Assembly (NCBI GenBank): GCA_014379205.1
Contig: JACMME010000147.1
Coordinates: 1-49,051, forward strand
Source of the DNA: Gemmatimonadaceae bacterium
Lineage (GTDB): Bacteria; Gemmatimonadota; Gemmatimonadetes; Gemmatimonadales; Gemmatimonadaceae
Length of the DNA stretch: 49,051 nucleotides
Direction of reading: 5' to 3'
Positions within the stretch are counted from its first letter, which is position 1, and each line of letters opens with the position of its first letter. This document shows positions 1 through 9,425 of this stretch, in pieces. The translations under genes and the position numbers were made by a program. Below the pieces are notes generated by a model. The model was not told the origin of the DNA. It ran no database searches and saw only the letters and a program-made list of their open reading frames with translations.

Positions 1-1
1 C

Positions 2-1372
2 GGCTTTCTGGTGCGCGACTACAAGGGAGATACGGCCGCAGTGGCGGGAGAAGCTTTCGACGCCTCCTTTGTCAATCTCGAAGCCCGCACCATCCGGTCG
101 ACTCTCGCCAATGGCATGCGTCTCACAATGGTGCCGAAGAAGACTCGTGGCGGCTCCGTCTTCTCTCGGGTGTATCTCCGCTTCGGCTCTCAGGAAGCGT
201 TGAGGGGCCGCACGCGTGTGAGTGTATTGACCGCGCAGATGCTCGACAAGGGAACTACGACGCGTACCCGGCAGCAGTTGAAGGACGAGCTCGACAAACT
301 CAAGGCAGCCGTGTCGATCTCCGGCCAGAATATCTCGTCGCAGGCGATCATCGAGACCACCCGCGGCAATCTCCCGGCGGTCCTGCGTCTGGTGCACGAA
401 ATGATGCGACACCCTTCATTCGACGCGAAGGAGTTCGAGCAGCTAAGAACTCAAATGCTGGCGCAGCTGGAGTCGAACAAGTCAGAGCCGAATCCGCTCG
501 CGAGCGTAGCGTATAACAGGCATATGAACCCGCGCCCGAAAGGCCACCCGTTGTATACCCCAACCCTGGAAGAGCAGATCGAGGAAGTGAAGGCCGTGAC
601 GCTGGATCAGGTCAAGCAGTTCCATTCCGAGCTGTACGGGGCCAACAATGGCGATCTCACGATCGTGGGAGACGTAGACCAGGCCGAGATAACGAAGGTG
701 GCGACCGAGCTTTACGGGAATTGGAAGAGCTCGAGGCCTTTTGAGCGGCTGGCGAATGGCTACCGCGACATTGCACCGACCACGGTGGTCATCGAAACCC
801 CGGACAAGACGAACGCTATTTTCATCGCGGGCCTCAACGTCAACATGCGCGATGATCACGCTGACTGGCCAGCGGTGGAGTTGGCCAACTACATGCTCGG
901 TGGCGGGTTCCTGAGCTCGCGCCTGGGGACGCGCATCCGGCAAAAGGAAGGAATCAGCTACGGCGTCGGATCGCAGTTCCAGGCGCACCCAATCGATGAT
1001 GCGGGGACGTTCCTCGCCTTCGCTATCTACGCGCCGCAGAACGTCGTACGGCTCGAAGCGGCCTTCAAGGAAGAGATTGAAAGGGCGCTCAAGGATGGGT
1101 TCACTGCCGATGAGCTCGAGAAGGCGAAGACGGGCTACTTTCAGGGCAGCCAGCTTGCGCGGTCGGAGGATACACAGCTAGCCAATGCGCTTGTATCCCA
1201 GGGTTTCTTCAAGCGGACATTTGCTCGCGATGCTGACATCGAGCGCAAGATCGCTGCATTGACACCGGCGCAGGTGGTCGAGGCGATGCGCCGGCACATC
1301 GATCCGAAGAAAATCACGGTAGTGAAGGCCGGGGATTTCGCGAACAAGAAACCCGCGGCGCCCACTCCGTAG
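2..1372 (+). CDS. M16 (pitrilysin/insulinase) family peptidase, C-terminal non-catalytic half. It is partial at the 5' end, because the frame is open to the window edge.
   Basis: The 453-aa ORF has no upstream stop in frame back to position 2. Its length and composition are typical of the second, inactive M16 domain (Peptidase_M16_C-like), and no HxxEH zinc motif is present, as expected for a C-terminal half. Confidence 0.55.
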   Translation, partial: GFLVRDYKGDTAAVAGEAFDASFVNLEARTIRSTLANGMRLTMVPKKTRGGSVFSRVYLRFGSQEALRGRTRVSVLTAQMLDKGTTTRTRQQLKDELDKLKAAVSISGQNISSQAIIETTRGNLPAVLRLVHEMMRHPSFDAKEFEQLRTQMLAQLESNKSEPNPLASVAYNRHMNPRPKGHPLYTPTLEEQIEEVKAVTLDQVKQFHSELYGANNGDLTIVGDVDQAEITKVATELYGNWKSSRPFERLANGYRDIAPTTVVIETPDKTNAIFIAGLNVNMRDDHADWPAVELANYMLGGGFLSSRLGTRIRQKEGISYGVGSQFQAHPIDDAGTFLAFAIYAPQNVVRLEAAFKEEIERALKDGFTADELEKAKTGYFQGSQLARSEDTQLANALVSQGFFKRTFARDADIERKIAALTPAQVVEAMRRHIDPKKITVVKAGDFANKKPAAPTP

Positions 1373-1373
1373 A

Positions 1374-1436
1374 GAGTGGGGGATAGGGGATGGGAGTAGC
1401 AACACGTTTAACTCCCCATCCCCCAACCCCCACTCC
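1374..1436. terminator. Imperfect G-rich/C-rich inverted repeat between convergent genes. It is a possible bidirectional terminator and a potential G-quadruplex element.
   Basis: The left arm gagtgggggataggggatgggagt and the right arm actccccatcccccaacccccactcc flank a roughly 13-nt loop. The element begins 2 nt after the TAG stop of the M16 gene and ends about 27 nt before the stop of the minus-strand gene at 1463. Confidence 0.4.
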
Positions 1437-1462
1437 CCAACAGATACTCGGAGGCTTCTTAC

Positions 1463-4400
1463 CTACCGCGCCGGCGGAGTGGAAGCTGCCGACATGTAGG
1501 CTACCAGAACCCGGTTTCGTAAATGATCCGGGCTTCGGCCGCTGCGTCTGGCGAGTGATATGAAGTAACGACGCGCGGCGACCGGGTCTCCCATTCGTAG
1601 TTTTGCGACAACGGCTCCGTCACGCAGATCATCCACATCCATGTATGACTCGCCCTTCATGGCGGCAGGAAGCAGGGCGTCCGCGGCGCTTGATGCTGCG
1701 GCGAAATCCCACTCACCAGTCGCGCGCATGAAGCGCAAGGCGTCCTTTACTCCCGGTGGCGCTCCGAGTCGCTCAGCGAACGTCGTCACTTCCCTGTAAA
1801 AATCCGCGTCGATGACGCCTGCGGTTCCGCCGTGGATGGCATGCTCCACCTCGACGACATCATTGAGCCAGAGCTTCCAATCGACTGGAGGCCGGGATGC
1901 TTGTGAAAGTGACCGCAATCGCCAGCGATTCTGCATGGAGGAAACAAGGCCTGCGTCGCTGCGCTGAGGATTAATGCTCGCGTTGGGATCTCTGAGCATG
2001 GCCCCGGTCGCAAGCGCGTCGATGCGCTCGATTTGAGGCGCAGGATTGGTAGTATCGGTGCTGAAGCCACGTCGGAGGTTGAAGAATGGGGCGATAATGT
2101 CGAAGCGTTTCTTGTAAAGCTGAGCGAATCCGGTCGCGCTTTGAGCGAGAAAGCGCGAACGCTCCGCACCGAGGTCGAGAACGGGATAAAAATCGGAATT
2201 AGGCTGACGCCAACCGTCCAGCAGGGGAGCAAGAGCTGCGCGATCGAGGATGCGGGATGCCTCGAGTGACATCGCCGTGAAAGGAACTGCATGATGAAGA
2301 TCTGCAGCAACTTGCGGCAGATCGAATACCGACCAGTTGGGTCGTGGAAGCGCGGGCCGGTTACTCGCGACTATCAGAATGTCTCCACCAGAAGTTTGAA
2401 AGATCTGATATGACGGGAAGCTCTGATGAATAGCAGAAAGAACGCTCATTACGAGATCGTCGTTGATTTCATACAAATGCAGCCATTGGCCGAAGACGCC
2501 ATCCTCTGACATGTAGCTGCGGACTCGCTGATAAAATTCGACCGTGAAAAGACCTGAGACCCCGCTCACCCATGGGTTCGACGGCTCCGAGATAATGACG
2601 TCGTAACGGCGGCGGCCCGAGGCGAAAAATGACTTCGCATCATCTATTACCACGCGTGACCTGGGGTCGTCGAAAACCCGCCTGTTGGCGGGATAGAACG
2701 CCCTGCGCGAGCCTTCGATCATTTTCGGCTCTATTTCGATGGTCACCACCTCGTCCAGGCGCGGATTTCCCAGAAGAAGATGGGACGTCATTCCCGAGCC
2801 CTGGCCGATGACAGCCGCCGAGCGCGCGTTGCTGGCGTGCGCGAGGGTGACAAGAGGGAGGAGCGCCTGGGTGGATTCGTCGCCACCGATTGGCTTGCGT
2901 TGTCTCGACGCTGACGGCTTTCCGAACCAGACGCTATCGAGCGATGCGTCAGGTTTTCCGTTGGTCGCGATGTAGATCCAGCTCTCCGTACGCCCAGCAG
3001 CCACCGAAGCTGTTCGGCCATCTTCGTAGTACAGGATGCTCCGCGTTCCCTTTGGCGGAATCCTTCCGTATCTGTAGACTCCGCTCGCCAGCACGTTTGG
3101 GTTGAACGTTGTCCCTTGCGTAGCGAGGGTAACTGCTAGTACCGATATGGCGGCGGCAGAGTATACCCACCTACGGGCCGGCACCGATTTGCCTGCCGCG
3201 ACGCGCAACAGCACAAGACCGAATGCCATATCTATTATGGCGCCCTCAATCAGGAGTGGCTTGAGGCCAATGAGCGGAAGGAGAATGAGGCCCGCGAGTA
3301 CGACTCCCGCGATGGAGCCCAGCGTGTTGACGCCGTATACCGCACCGATCGCGCGCTCCCCTCGACCTGCAACCAGGAGGGTTCGAGTGATGAGAGGCAA
3401 CGTCATACCGGCGCAGAAGGTTGAGGGAAGCATGACGGCCAGGCAGAAAGCATATCGTACTATCGTAAACGCTTGGTAGCTGACCTCGTTGCTATCGAGA
3501 GCTGAAAGGAGCCTGGCCATCCAGGTAAAGGACTCAAGGTAGACTGGAAGAGTCGCAACCGCTGCCACTCCCATGCAGAGCTGCACGATTCCGAGCGCTC
3601 GAATCGGGTTGCGAAAGTGGTCGGCGCGCTTGCGCACCCAGAAAGCTCCGAGCGCCAGTCCGAGAATGAATGCGGAGAGCATGAGCTCGAACGAGTGCGT
3701 AGCGCTGCCGAGGACCAGCGAAAGCATTCGGATCCACGCGATCTCGTAAACGAAGGATGCGACTGCAGTTCCGAAACTGACGAAGAGAAGAAGCCGCCAG
3801 AGGGTCGTGGAGGAAATACCGAAGTGTGTAGACTCGATTGCTACGGGGGCAGTCGCTGGCTGCGCCAACATGCTCTCTATCGGAGCGAGTGGCTCGGTGC
3901 TCCGGAGAGCGCCGTCCTCTAGTCTCGCATCGGATCGAGGCGGAATTGTGTCAAGCCCCTCCAGCCGAAGCTGGGCATCCGCATCGCGGCGGGCGCGCGA
4001 GGCGTCTCGCATTCCGCTAACGCGCACCCCGATGAATGTCACCAGGGCCACGGCTATGTTGATCATCGCTGCGACCAGCAGCGTTCCAGGCAAGCCTGAA
4101 ATTCGAATCAGATAGAAGCCTGCCAACAGCACGCCAATCGCCGCGCCCAGGCTGTTCGCGAAATACAGCAGTGACAGAGTTCGGCCGGCGTTACCGCTGG
4201 TGCGGCGAAGGGCTCCCGCGCTCATGAGCGGAAATGTCATCCCCAGAAGAATCGACTGCGGCAGAATGAGGACACCAGCTATGGCCCACTTGGCCACCGT
4301 CAGGGCCGGGGAACCGGCGAGTGGGGGGAGCAGCGTGTCATAAGCGGCTCGGGTAACCCCGACGTAGACATCGTGAAAAACGAGGCCAATCAGCCCCGCA

Positions 4401-4627
4401 ACGAGTTCGGCTACCGCGTACCAGATAAGTGGTTCGCGAACGCGCTCCGACCGGCGGCCAATGATAAAGGCTCCGACGGACATCCCGCCCAGGAAAATGG
4501 CCAGCACGATGATCTGTGCGTACGCGCTATGTCCAACAAACAGGCCGAGATAGCGGCTCCAGATGGACTCATAAATGAGTCCTGCAGCGCCGGACAGTAT
4601 GAAAACGACGTAGAGAAGAATTTTCAT
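1463..4627 (-). CDS. Spermidine-synthase-like polyamine aminopropyltransferase fused to an N-terminal polytopic membrane domain and carrying a C-terminal extension of about 350 aa.
   Basis: The N-terminal region of about 480 aa is very hydrophobic, with many predicted TM helices (MKILLYVVFILSGAAGLIYESIW...). The central region carries the class-I methyltransferase-fold spermidine synthase motifs (VIGQGSGMTSHLLL, VVIDDAKSFF, YDVIISEPSNPWVSGVSGLFTVEFYQ). The tail has no recognisable domain. Confidence 0.65.
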   Translation of the reverse strand: MKILLYVVFILSGAAGLIYESIWSRYLGLFVGHSAYAQIIVLAIFLGGMSVGAFIIGRRSERVREPLIWYAVAELVAGLIGLVFHDVYVGVTRAAYDTLLPPLAGSPALTVAKWAIAGVLILPQSILLGMTFPLMSAGALRRTSGNAGRTLSLLYFANSLGAAIGVLLAGFYLIRISGLPGTLLVAAMINIAVALVTFIGVRVSGMRDASRARRDADAQLRLEGLDTIPPRSDARLEDGALRSTEPLAPIESMLAQPATAPVAIESTHFGISSTTLWRLLLFVSFGTAVASFVYEIAWIRMLSLVLGSATHSFELMLSAFILGLALGAFWVRKRADHFRNPIRALGIVQLCMGVAAVATLPVYLESFTWMARLLSALDSNEVSYQAFTIVRYAFCLAVMLPSTFCAGMTLPLITRTLLVAGRGERAIGAVYGVNTLGSIAGVVLAGLILLPLIGLKPLLIEGAIIDMAFGLVLLRVAAGKSVPARRWVYSAAAISVLAVTLATQGTTFNPNVLASGVYRYGRIPPKGTRSILYYEDGRTASVAAGRTESWIYIATNGKPDASLDSVWFGKPSASRQRKPIGGDESTQALLPLVTLAHASNARSAAVIGQGSGMTSHLLLGNPRLDEVVTIEIEPKMIEGSRRAFYPANRRVFDDPRSRVVIDDAKSFFASGRRRYDVIISEPSNPWVSGVSGLFTVEFYQRVRSYMSEDGVFGQWLHLYEINDDLVMSVLSAIHQSFPSYQIFQTSGGDILIVASNRPALPRPNWSVFDLPQVAADLHHAVPFTAMSLEASRILDRAALAPLLDGWRQPNSDFYPVLDLGAERSRFLAQSATGFAQLYKKRFDIIAPFFNLRRGFSTDTTNPAPQIERIDALATGAMLRDPNASINPQRSDAGLVSSMQNRWRLRSLSQASRPPVDWKLWLNDVVEVEHAIHGGTAGVIDADFYREVTTFAERLGAPPGVKDALRFMRATGEWDFAAASSAADALLPAAMKGESYMDVDDLRDGAVVAKLRMGDPVAARRYFISLARRSGRSPDHLRNRVLVAYMSAASTPPAR

Positions 4628-4698
4628 AATACTAGCGAAAGGTAAGCCGCTCGCGCACGTTCATTGCAAGACGACTGCCCTTAGCGTAACGCTACGAG

Positions 4699-5166
4699 AT
4701 GAGGCAGCACATGGCACTGGATGGATTTCTCGGAAGAGCTCTGCGGGACCCGGCTACCGGTCTACCCAACGTTCCTTACCTTCAGTTGATTCGTGACTGG
4801 GAAGAGCGGCGGGCAAGGCGCAGAAGCTATGCGGTTCGAGTTCTCAAGCTAACAGTTTCCGGCGGCGACGAGCGCATTCGGCGTTCGCTGGCGTGGCGAC
4901 TCATCCGCATTCTTCGCGATTCGGATTTCATCGCGTCGCAGGGTCCGGATCACTTTGAGGTATTGCTCACCTCGCCTGACGCCGAGCACGCAGGCACTCT
5001 TCGCTCGCGAATTCGCAAGCTCATCGCCGAGCTGAACGAACGCCAAACTGAAAACGCGCCACTCAAGGTGCAGATGGAAATCGAGGGCGGTCCCGGTCTT
5101 GTCGCCAAGGCGGAGGAAGGTGGCGACCAGGAGGAGGACGACGGCGAAGGTTGGTGGACCGCATAA
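4699..5166 (+). CDS. Small degenerate GGDEF-like domain protein. Its signature motif reads GPDHF, so it is probably catalytically inactive.
   Basis: DPATGLPN matches the start of a GGDEF domain (D-x-LTGL-x-NR). SQGPDHFEVLL aligns with RxGGDEFxxLL. The protein has an acidic C-terminal tail. The start codon has no obvious SD. Confidence 0.35.
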   Translation: MRQHMALDGFLGRALRDPATGLPNVPYLQLIRDWEERRARRRSYAVRVLKLTVSGGDERIRRSLAWRLIRILRDSDFIASQGPDHFEVLLTSPDAEHAGTLRSRIRKLIAELNERQTENAPLKVQMEIEGGPGLVAKAEEGGDQEEDDGEGWWTA

Positions 5167-5256
5167 CTCCTTGCGTGTGTAGCTGAGTTCAGCGACGGTT
5201 TACAGGATTGCGGATTGCGGACCAGGAGCAGACTTCGTCGCTTCCACCCGCTCGTT

Positions 5257-6465
5257 TTACTTTTTCGCGAGGTCCGCCAATCGCGCTACGACCCATTCGC
5301 GTTCCACCATAATTCTTGGTGCTTTCGCGACAAACGCGGTGTAGTGAATCAGTGCCTGGTCGGGCATCTCCGCGGCATCGTACAGCCGCCCGAGATAGTA
5401 ATGCGGGTGTGCGAAGTACGGTTCGATCTCGATGGCCTTGGCGAATTGCAAGGCGCCCTCGTTCTCTCGTCGCGCCTTGAGCAGAGCCAACGCATAGCCG
5501 AAGCGCAAAGCAGGGTCGTCCTGCTTGAGCTCGACAGCCAATGCGTACTCGCTCAGCGCCTGCGCTGTATCCGTTCTCTGCATCGCAAGATCTCCGAGCG
5601 CTGCATGCGCCATGTAGAGAGCGAGATCTTCTGTGAGAGCCCGCTCGTATGCGTCGCGCGCAGCCTGAGCGTTGCCGTTGAGAGAGTGAGCAACTCCAAT
5701 GCTGTACTCGATCATGGCCTTCGAGTCATAGAAGTGCACTATCTCCTTGTCCTCCACCTTCCGTCTTTTCTCGAGCATCGTAGTCAGCTCGAGGGCTGCA
5801 CTGTCGTGCTTGAGTTGCGCAGCGAATGCGTTGGCGCGCGACGCGTGCAACCACGTCGCCTTGGGATACTTTCTGATCGCGGTTCCAAAGTACTCGGCTG
5901 CGCGGGCGTACTGACCGGACGTGTACGCTGACCAGGCGTTGGATATCAGGTCGCCCCTGCTGCGGCCGTAGATAAAAAGACCTTCACTGCCGGCAACGCC
6001 ATAAACCACTTCTTCAATGAGCAAGCGATCAAGGCTTTGAATGAGAAAGGGATTTCGCGCGAGCGCCATGTACTGCAGCGAATCCAGGAAGCGGAATTTT
6101 GTGGTCTTGGCTACTCGCGGACTGCCAAAGAGGTAATCCACAGCGAGGTTCCCTTCGGAGAGGATCAGAGCGACCCGGCGTGCGTAGTAGGGCTCGGCCC
6201 ACTGCGGCGTTAGGCGAGAGGCCCAATAGAAAGCGTCCGCCGCCAAGGCTGGCTGCCTGCGTACTTCTGCGAGCCCGAATTGGTAGTATGCCATTGCGAA
6301 ATTGGTGTCTGCCATGGCAGCTAATGCAGGTCGCCTGGGGATCTTTGCGTGCGTCTTTTGCGCGAAAGCAGAGGTATTCGCGACCGCTCCGAGAAGCATC
6401 GCTGCGGAGAGGCTGCTAACAAAACTGGCGATGCCTCTACCAGATATGTGGCGAAGGGGGACCAT
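5257..6465 (-). CDS. Secreted tetratricopeptide-repeat (TPR) protein.
   Basis: An N-terminal signal-like segment ending in AFAQ is followed by repeated A/Y/L-rich 34-aa TPR-like units (AMAYYQFGLAE, AHAALGDLAMQRTDTAQALSEYALAVELKQDDPALRFGYALALL, AIEIEPYFAHPHYYLGRLY). Confidence 0.6.
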   Translation of the reverse strand: MVPLRHISGRGIASFVSSLSAAMLLGAVANTSAFAQKTHAKIPRRPALAAMADTNFAMAYYQFGLAEVRRQPALAADAFYWASRLTPQWAEPYYARRVALILSEGNLAVDYLFGSPRVAKTTKFRFLDSLQYMALARNPFLIQSLDRLLIEEVVYGVAGSEGLFIYGRSRGDLISNAWSAYTSGQYARAAEYFGTAIRKYPKATWLHASRANAFAAQLKHDSAALELTTMLEKRRKVEDKEIVHFYDSKAMIEYSIGVAHSLNGNAQAARDAYERALTEDLALYMAHAALGDLAMQRTDTAQALSEYALAVELKQDDPALRFGYALALLKARRENEGALQFAKAIEIEPYFAHPHYYLGRLYDAAEMPDQALIHYTAFVAKAPRIMVEREWVVARLADLAKK

Positions 6466-6637
6466 TAATAGACGGAGCGGGGGTCGCGGTGCCGAAAAGG
6501 GTGGTAAGCAATTGACTGCACAGGTGAGCCTGTGGTAACTGGACGAGACGGATGTGGGTAGCTGCGTCCTGCAACCAGGGCCAACCAGTAGCCGCTCAGT
6601 CGCAAGCGCCAGGGGGAACTACGCGTATATTCCACCC

Positions 6638-8842
6638 ATGGGGCGCTCAGTGTTCGATTCCATAAATACGTTGGCATTCGAGCGGCGCGACATCCTTGTT
6701 CGCCGTGTTGCGCTCGCAGCGGTAGTCGCGCTTGTTGTACCGATCCGCATCGCCGCTCAAAAGGACAGCACCGGCTCTCGCCAGCTGGACACAGTCAACG
6801 TAACCGTCACGCGCACGGTGACGTCGAGCCCGCTTCTCGAAGCTGCCGCCGTAAGCATCACGAGCGCTGAAAGGGTTGCATCGTCACCCGTTCGGATACT
6901 TCCTGACGCGCTCCGCGAATCACCTGGGGTGCAGGTTCAGCAAACGAACGCCGGGCACGGGACTGTGATTCTTCGCGGAATGACCGGCAACCAGGTACTG
7001 GTACTGGTGGATGGCATACGTCTCAATACTGCCACAGTGCGCGACGGACCGAATCAGACGCTTTCGCTCATCGATCCCGAGCAGATCGAGCGAATTGAGA
7101 TCATCCGGGGGCCGGGTTCAGCTCTATACGGCAGTGACGCAATGGGTGGCGTCGTTAACGTCGTGATGAAGCGACCGACGGGACAGCCCTCGGCTTCGGC
7201 GGCCTTGATGTACGCGAGCTCGGACGACGGCTTGCGCGCGCACGCGGAAGGGAGCGCGGGCCGAAAGCGAATCCGGGCCAGGGCGGGCGCTACCGTGACG
7301 CGCGCGAGTGATCTCGACGCCGGCGGGGAGATCGGCGTGCAGCGGGGAACGCAGTACCGCTCCTTTGCCGCGGATGCAATGCTGAATGTCACCTTGCGCG
7401 GCTGCAACAGCATGTCGCTTTCCGCGCAGGGCACGGATCTTCGCGATGTCTCGCGCTACGATCGCCTGGTGGACTTTCGGTTTGACGCAGCCTCGCAGTC
7501 GGAGCTGCAAGGTCCGGATGCGGAATTCGAGTTCGAGCCGCAAACGCATTTACTGAGTATTGCGCGGCTCGACGGCACGGGATGCGACGGAGTAATCGCC
7601 CGACGAGGGATCGCTGTTGGCCTGAGCGACCAGCGCGAAGGGCGGCGCCAGCGTTCCGTGAATGTGACGGAGGCGGGAGCGGCTCTCGCTGCTCCAACAC
7701 GCGAATACCAGCGCGATGACACGCGGACGCGTCTCATCACCATGTTCGTGGAACCGAGATTGCCCGCCGGCACAAGCATTCGCATCGGCGGTGACGTGTA
7801 TGACGATGTCGTCTCGAGCTTCGGCTACCAGGAGACGATCGCCACGGGAGCGCGGCGGCCGGTTGTTCGTTTGGCGGGTGGTGATACGATCGCGGCCGGA
7901 CGATTCCCAGACGGCGCGCGGTCGACTTCGGCCGGTGTCTATGCGCACGGTGCTCAGCTGGTGGGCTCGCGCGCTCGCTTGCTTGGCGGAGTGCGCGCGG
8001 ACCGCGTGCAGGTGCGCCTGCGGGCGGGCGACGACTTCGGCGGCGACGTCGATGCAACCAACGGAAACGTTAGCGCCCAGGTCGGAGTCGAGTCGTTCCT
8101 GGAGGGTGGGTTCTCTTTCAGCGCGCACGTGGGCCAGGGATTTCGCGCGCCGAACATCTACGACCTCTCGACGGTGTCGACCGTACCGGGTGGCATCGTT
8201 CTGCCGAGCTCGGCGCTTGGGCCGGAACGGAGCATCACGTACGACGCAACAGTCCGGAAGGCTGGCAGCCGAGCGACCTTCCAGGCCGCAGTGTACACCA
8301 CACGCATCACAGGCTTCGTCGATCGCATTCCAGGGAGCTATCGCGACGACACTCTCTTCCAGGGGAAGCGGGTTTTTCGTGCGGCTAACATAGGCTCAGC
8401 GCGAATAAGCGGGATCGAGGTAGGAGGCGAAGCGACCCTGGATGCACGGTTTACTCTTCGCGGGCAGGCGTTCGGGACACGCGGGTCACAGACCTTGCCC
8501 GGTGGCGGTCGCGAGCCGGTCGGACGCATTCCTCCGACGTCCGCTTTCCTGGCGATACGCAGAAACGTCGGCCTGCCTGAAGGCGAGAGCTGGATCGAGA
8601 TCGCTGCAAGGGGAGCCGATTCGCAGAGCCGGCTCTCCTCCCGCGACGAGCGTGACAGCCGGATTCAGCAGGGAGGTACGCCCGGTTACGGCATTGCTGG
8701 AGTCCGTGGGTCCACGCGTTTGAGCGGAATGCGGTTGACGGCCGGAGCAGAGAATCTGTTCGACCGTGGCTACCGCAACCATGGATCCGGCATCGATGCG
8801 CCGGGCAGGCATGTCTGGTTCAGAGTGGACTTGGGGAGTTAG
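6638..8842 (+). CDS. TonB-dependent outer-membrane receptor.
   Basis: I place the start at the internal ATG at 6638 (MGRSVFDS...), which sits upstream of a signal peptide. The plug domain is recognisable (DTVNVTVTR, ILRGMTGNQVLVLVDGIRLN, IERIEIIRGPGSALYGSDAMGGVVNVV) and is followed by a long beta-barrel region. The C-terminus, WFRVDLGS, is atypical for this family. Confidence 0.7.
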   Translation: MGRSVFDSINTLAFERRDILVRRVALAAVVALVVPIRIAAQKDSTGSRQLDTVNVTVTRTVTSSPLLEAAAVSITSAERVASSPVRILPDALRESPGVQVQQTNAGHGTVILRGMTGNQVLVLVDGIRLNTATVRDGPNQTLSLIDPEQIERIEIIRGPGSALYGSDAMGGVVNVVMKRPTGQPSASAALMYASSDDGLRAHAEGSAGRKRIRARAGATVTRASDLDAGGEIGVQRGTQYRSFAADAMLNVTLRGCNSMSLSAQGTDLRDVSRYDRLVDFRFDAASQSELQGPDAEFEFEPQTHLLSIARLDGTGCDGVIARRGIAVGLSDQREGRRQRSVNVTEAGAALAAPTREYQRDDTRTRLITMFVEPRLPAGTSIRIGGDVYDDVVSSFGYQETIATGARRPVVRLAGGDTIAAGRFPDGARSTSAGVYAHGAQLVGSRARLLGGVRADRVQVRLRAGDDFGGDVDATNGNVSAQVGVESFLEGGFSFSAHVGQGFRAPNIYDLSTVSTVPGGIVLPSSALGPERSITYDATVRKAGSRATFQAAVYTTRITGFVDRIPGSYRDDTLFQGKRVFRAANIGSARISGIEVGGEATLDARFTLRGQAFGTRGSQTLPGGGREPVGRIPPTSAFLAIRRNVGLPEGESWIEIAARGADSQSRLSSRDERDSRIQQGGTPGYGIAGVRGSTRLSGMRLTAGAENLFDRGYRNHGSGIDAPGRHVWFRVDLGS

Positions 8843-8849
8843 TGAGAGA

Positions 8850-9425
8850 ATGACCTCGATCTTTTTACTCTGCGCCGTTGTCGGTGGCGGCGTGCTTGTC
8901 ATCCAGTTCGCGCTGACTCTATTCGGGGTGCACCACGGCGGAGATCTGCCACACGATGCGCACGACGTGGGGGTATCGCACGCACATGAAGGACTGAATC
9001 TCTTCAGCGTGCGCGCGATCTCAGCGGGGGTCGCCTTCTTCGGATTAACCGGACTCGGCGCACTTCGCCTCGGATGGTCAACGCTTGTTTCGCTGCTTGC
9101 GGCTGTGGCAGCAGGCGGGGCCGCGATGCTTCTTGTGGCGCTGGCACTGCGCTCGATGCTCCGTCTCGAGTCGGATGGCAGCATCCGCATGGAGAATGCT
9201 CTCGGTGTTGAAGCGCAGGTGTACGTGCCCATACCCGGAGAACGGGCCGGAGCGGGCAAGGTCACTCTCACTATTCAGGGGCGCACGGTGGAATGTCAGG
9301 CTGTAACTCGCGGAGAGGCTCTTACGACAGGTACTGCAGTATTGGTCGTGGATGTGCTGGGCGCCGACAAGGTTGAGGTCGCTCTGCCTCAATCCGTTTT
9401 TCCCCTAATGGAGTCCGGATCATGA
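8850..9425 (+). CDS. Short-form NfeD-like membrane protein, the flotillin-associated partner carrying a C-terminal OB-fold.
   Basis: An internal ATG at 8850 lies 7 nt after the TBDR stop, with GGAG upstream. The protein has three TM segments and a C-terminal beta-rich segment (GKVTLTIQGRTVECQAVTRGE...VLVVDV). It overlaps the flotillin start by 4 nt (ATGA). Confidence 0.6.
   Translation: MTSIFLLCAVVGGGVLVIQFALTLFGVHHGGDLPHDAHDVGVSHAHEGLNLFSVRAISAGVAFFGLTGLGALRLGWSTLVSLLAAVAAGGAAMLLVALALRSMLRLESDGSIRMENALGVEAQVYVPIPGERAGAGKVTLTIQGRTVECQAVTRGEALTTGTAVLVVDVLGADKVEVALPQSVFPLMESGS

Noticed and set aside
7054-8529. Multiple 100-260-aa ORFs on both strands inside the TonB receptor gene (for example 7550..8128 and 8486..9271, both on the minus strand).
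   Set aside because: These are antisense or alternate-frame ORFs typical of high-GC DNA. Their translations are Arg/Pro/Ser-rich and low-complexity, with no motifs, and they fully overlap a well-supported gene.
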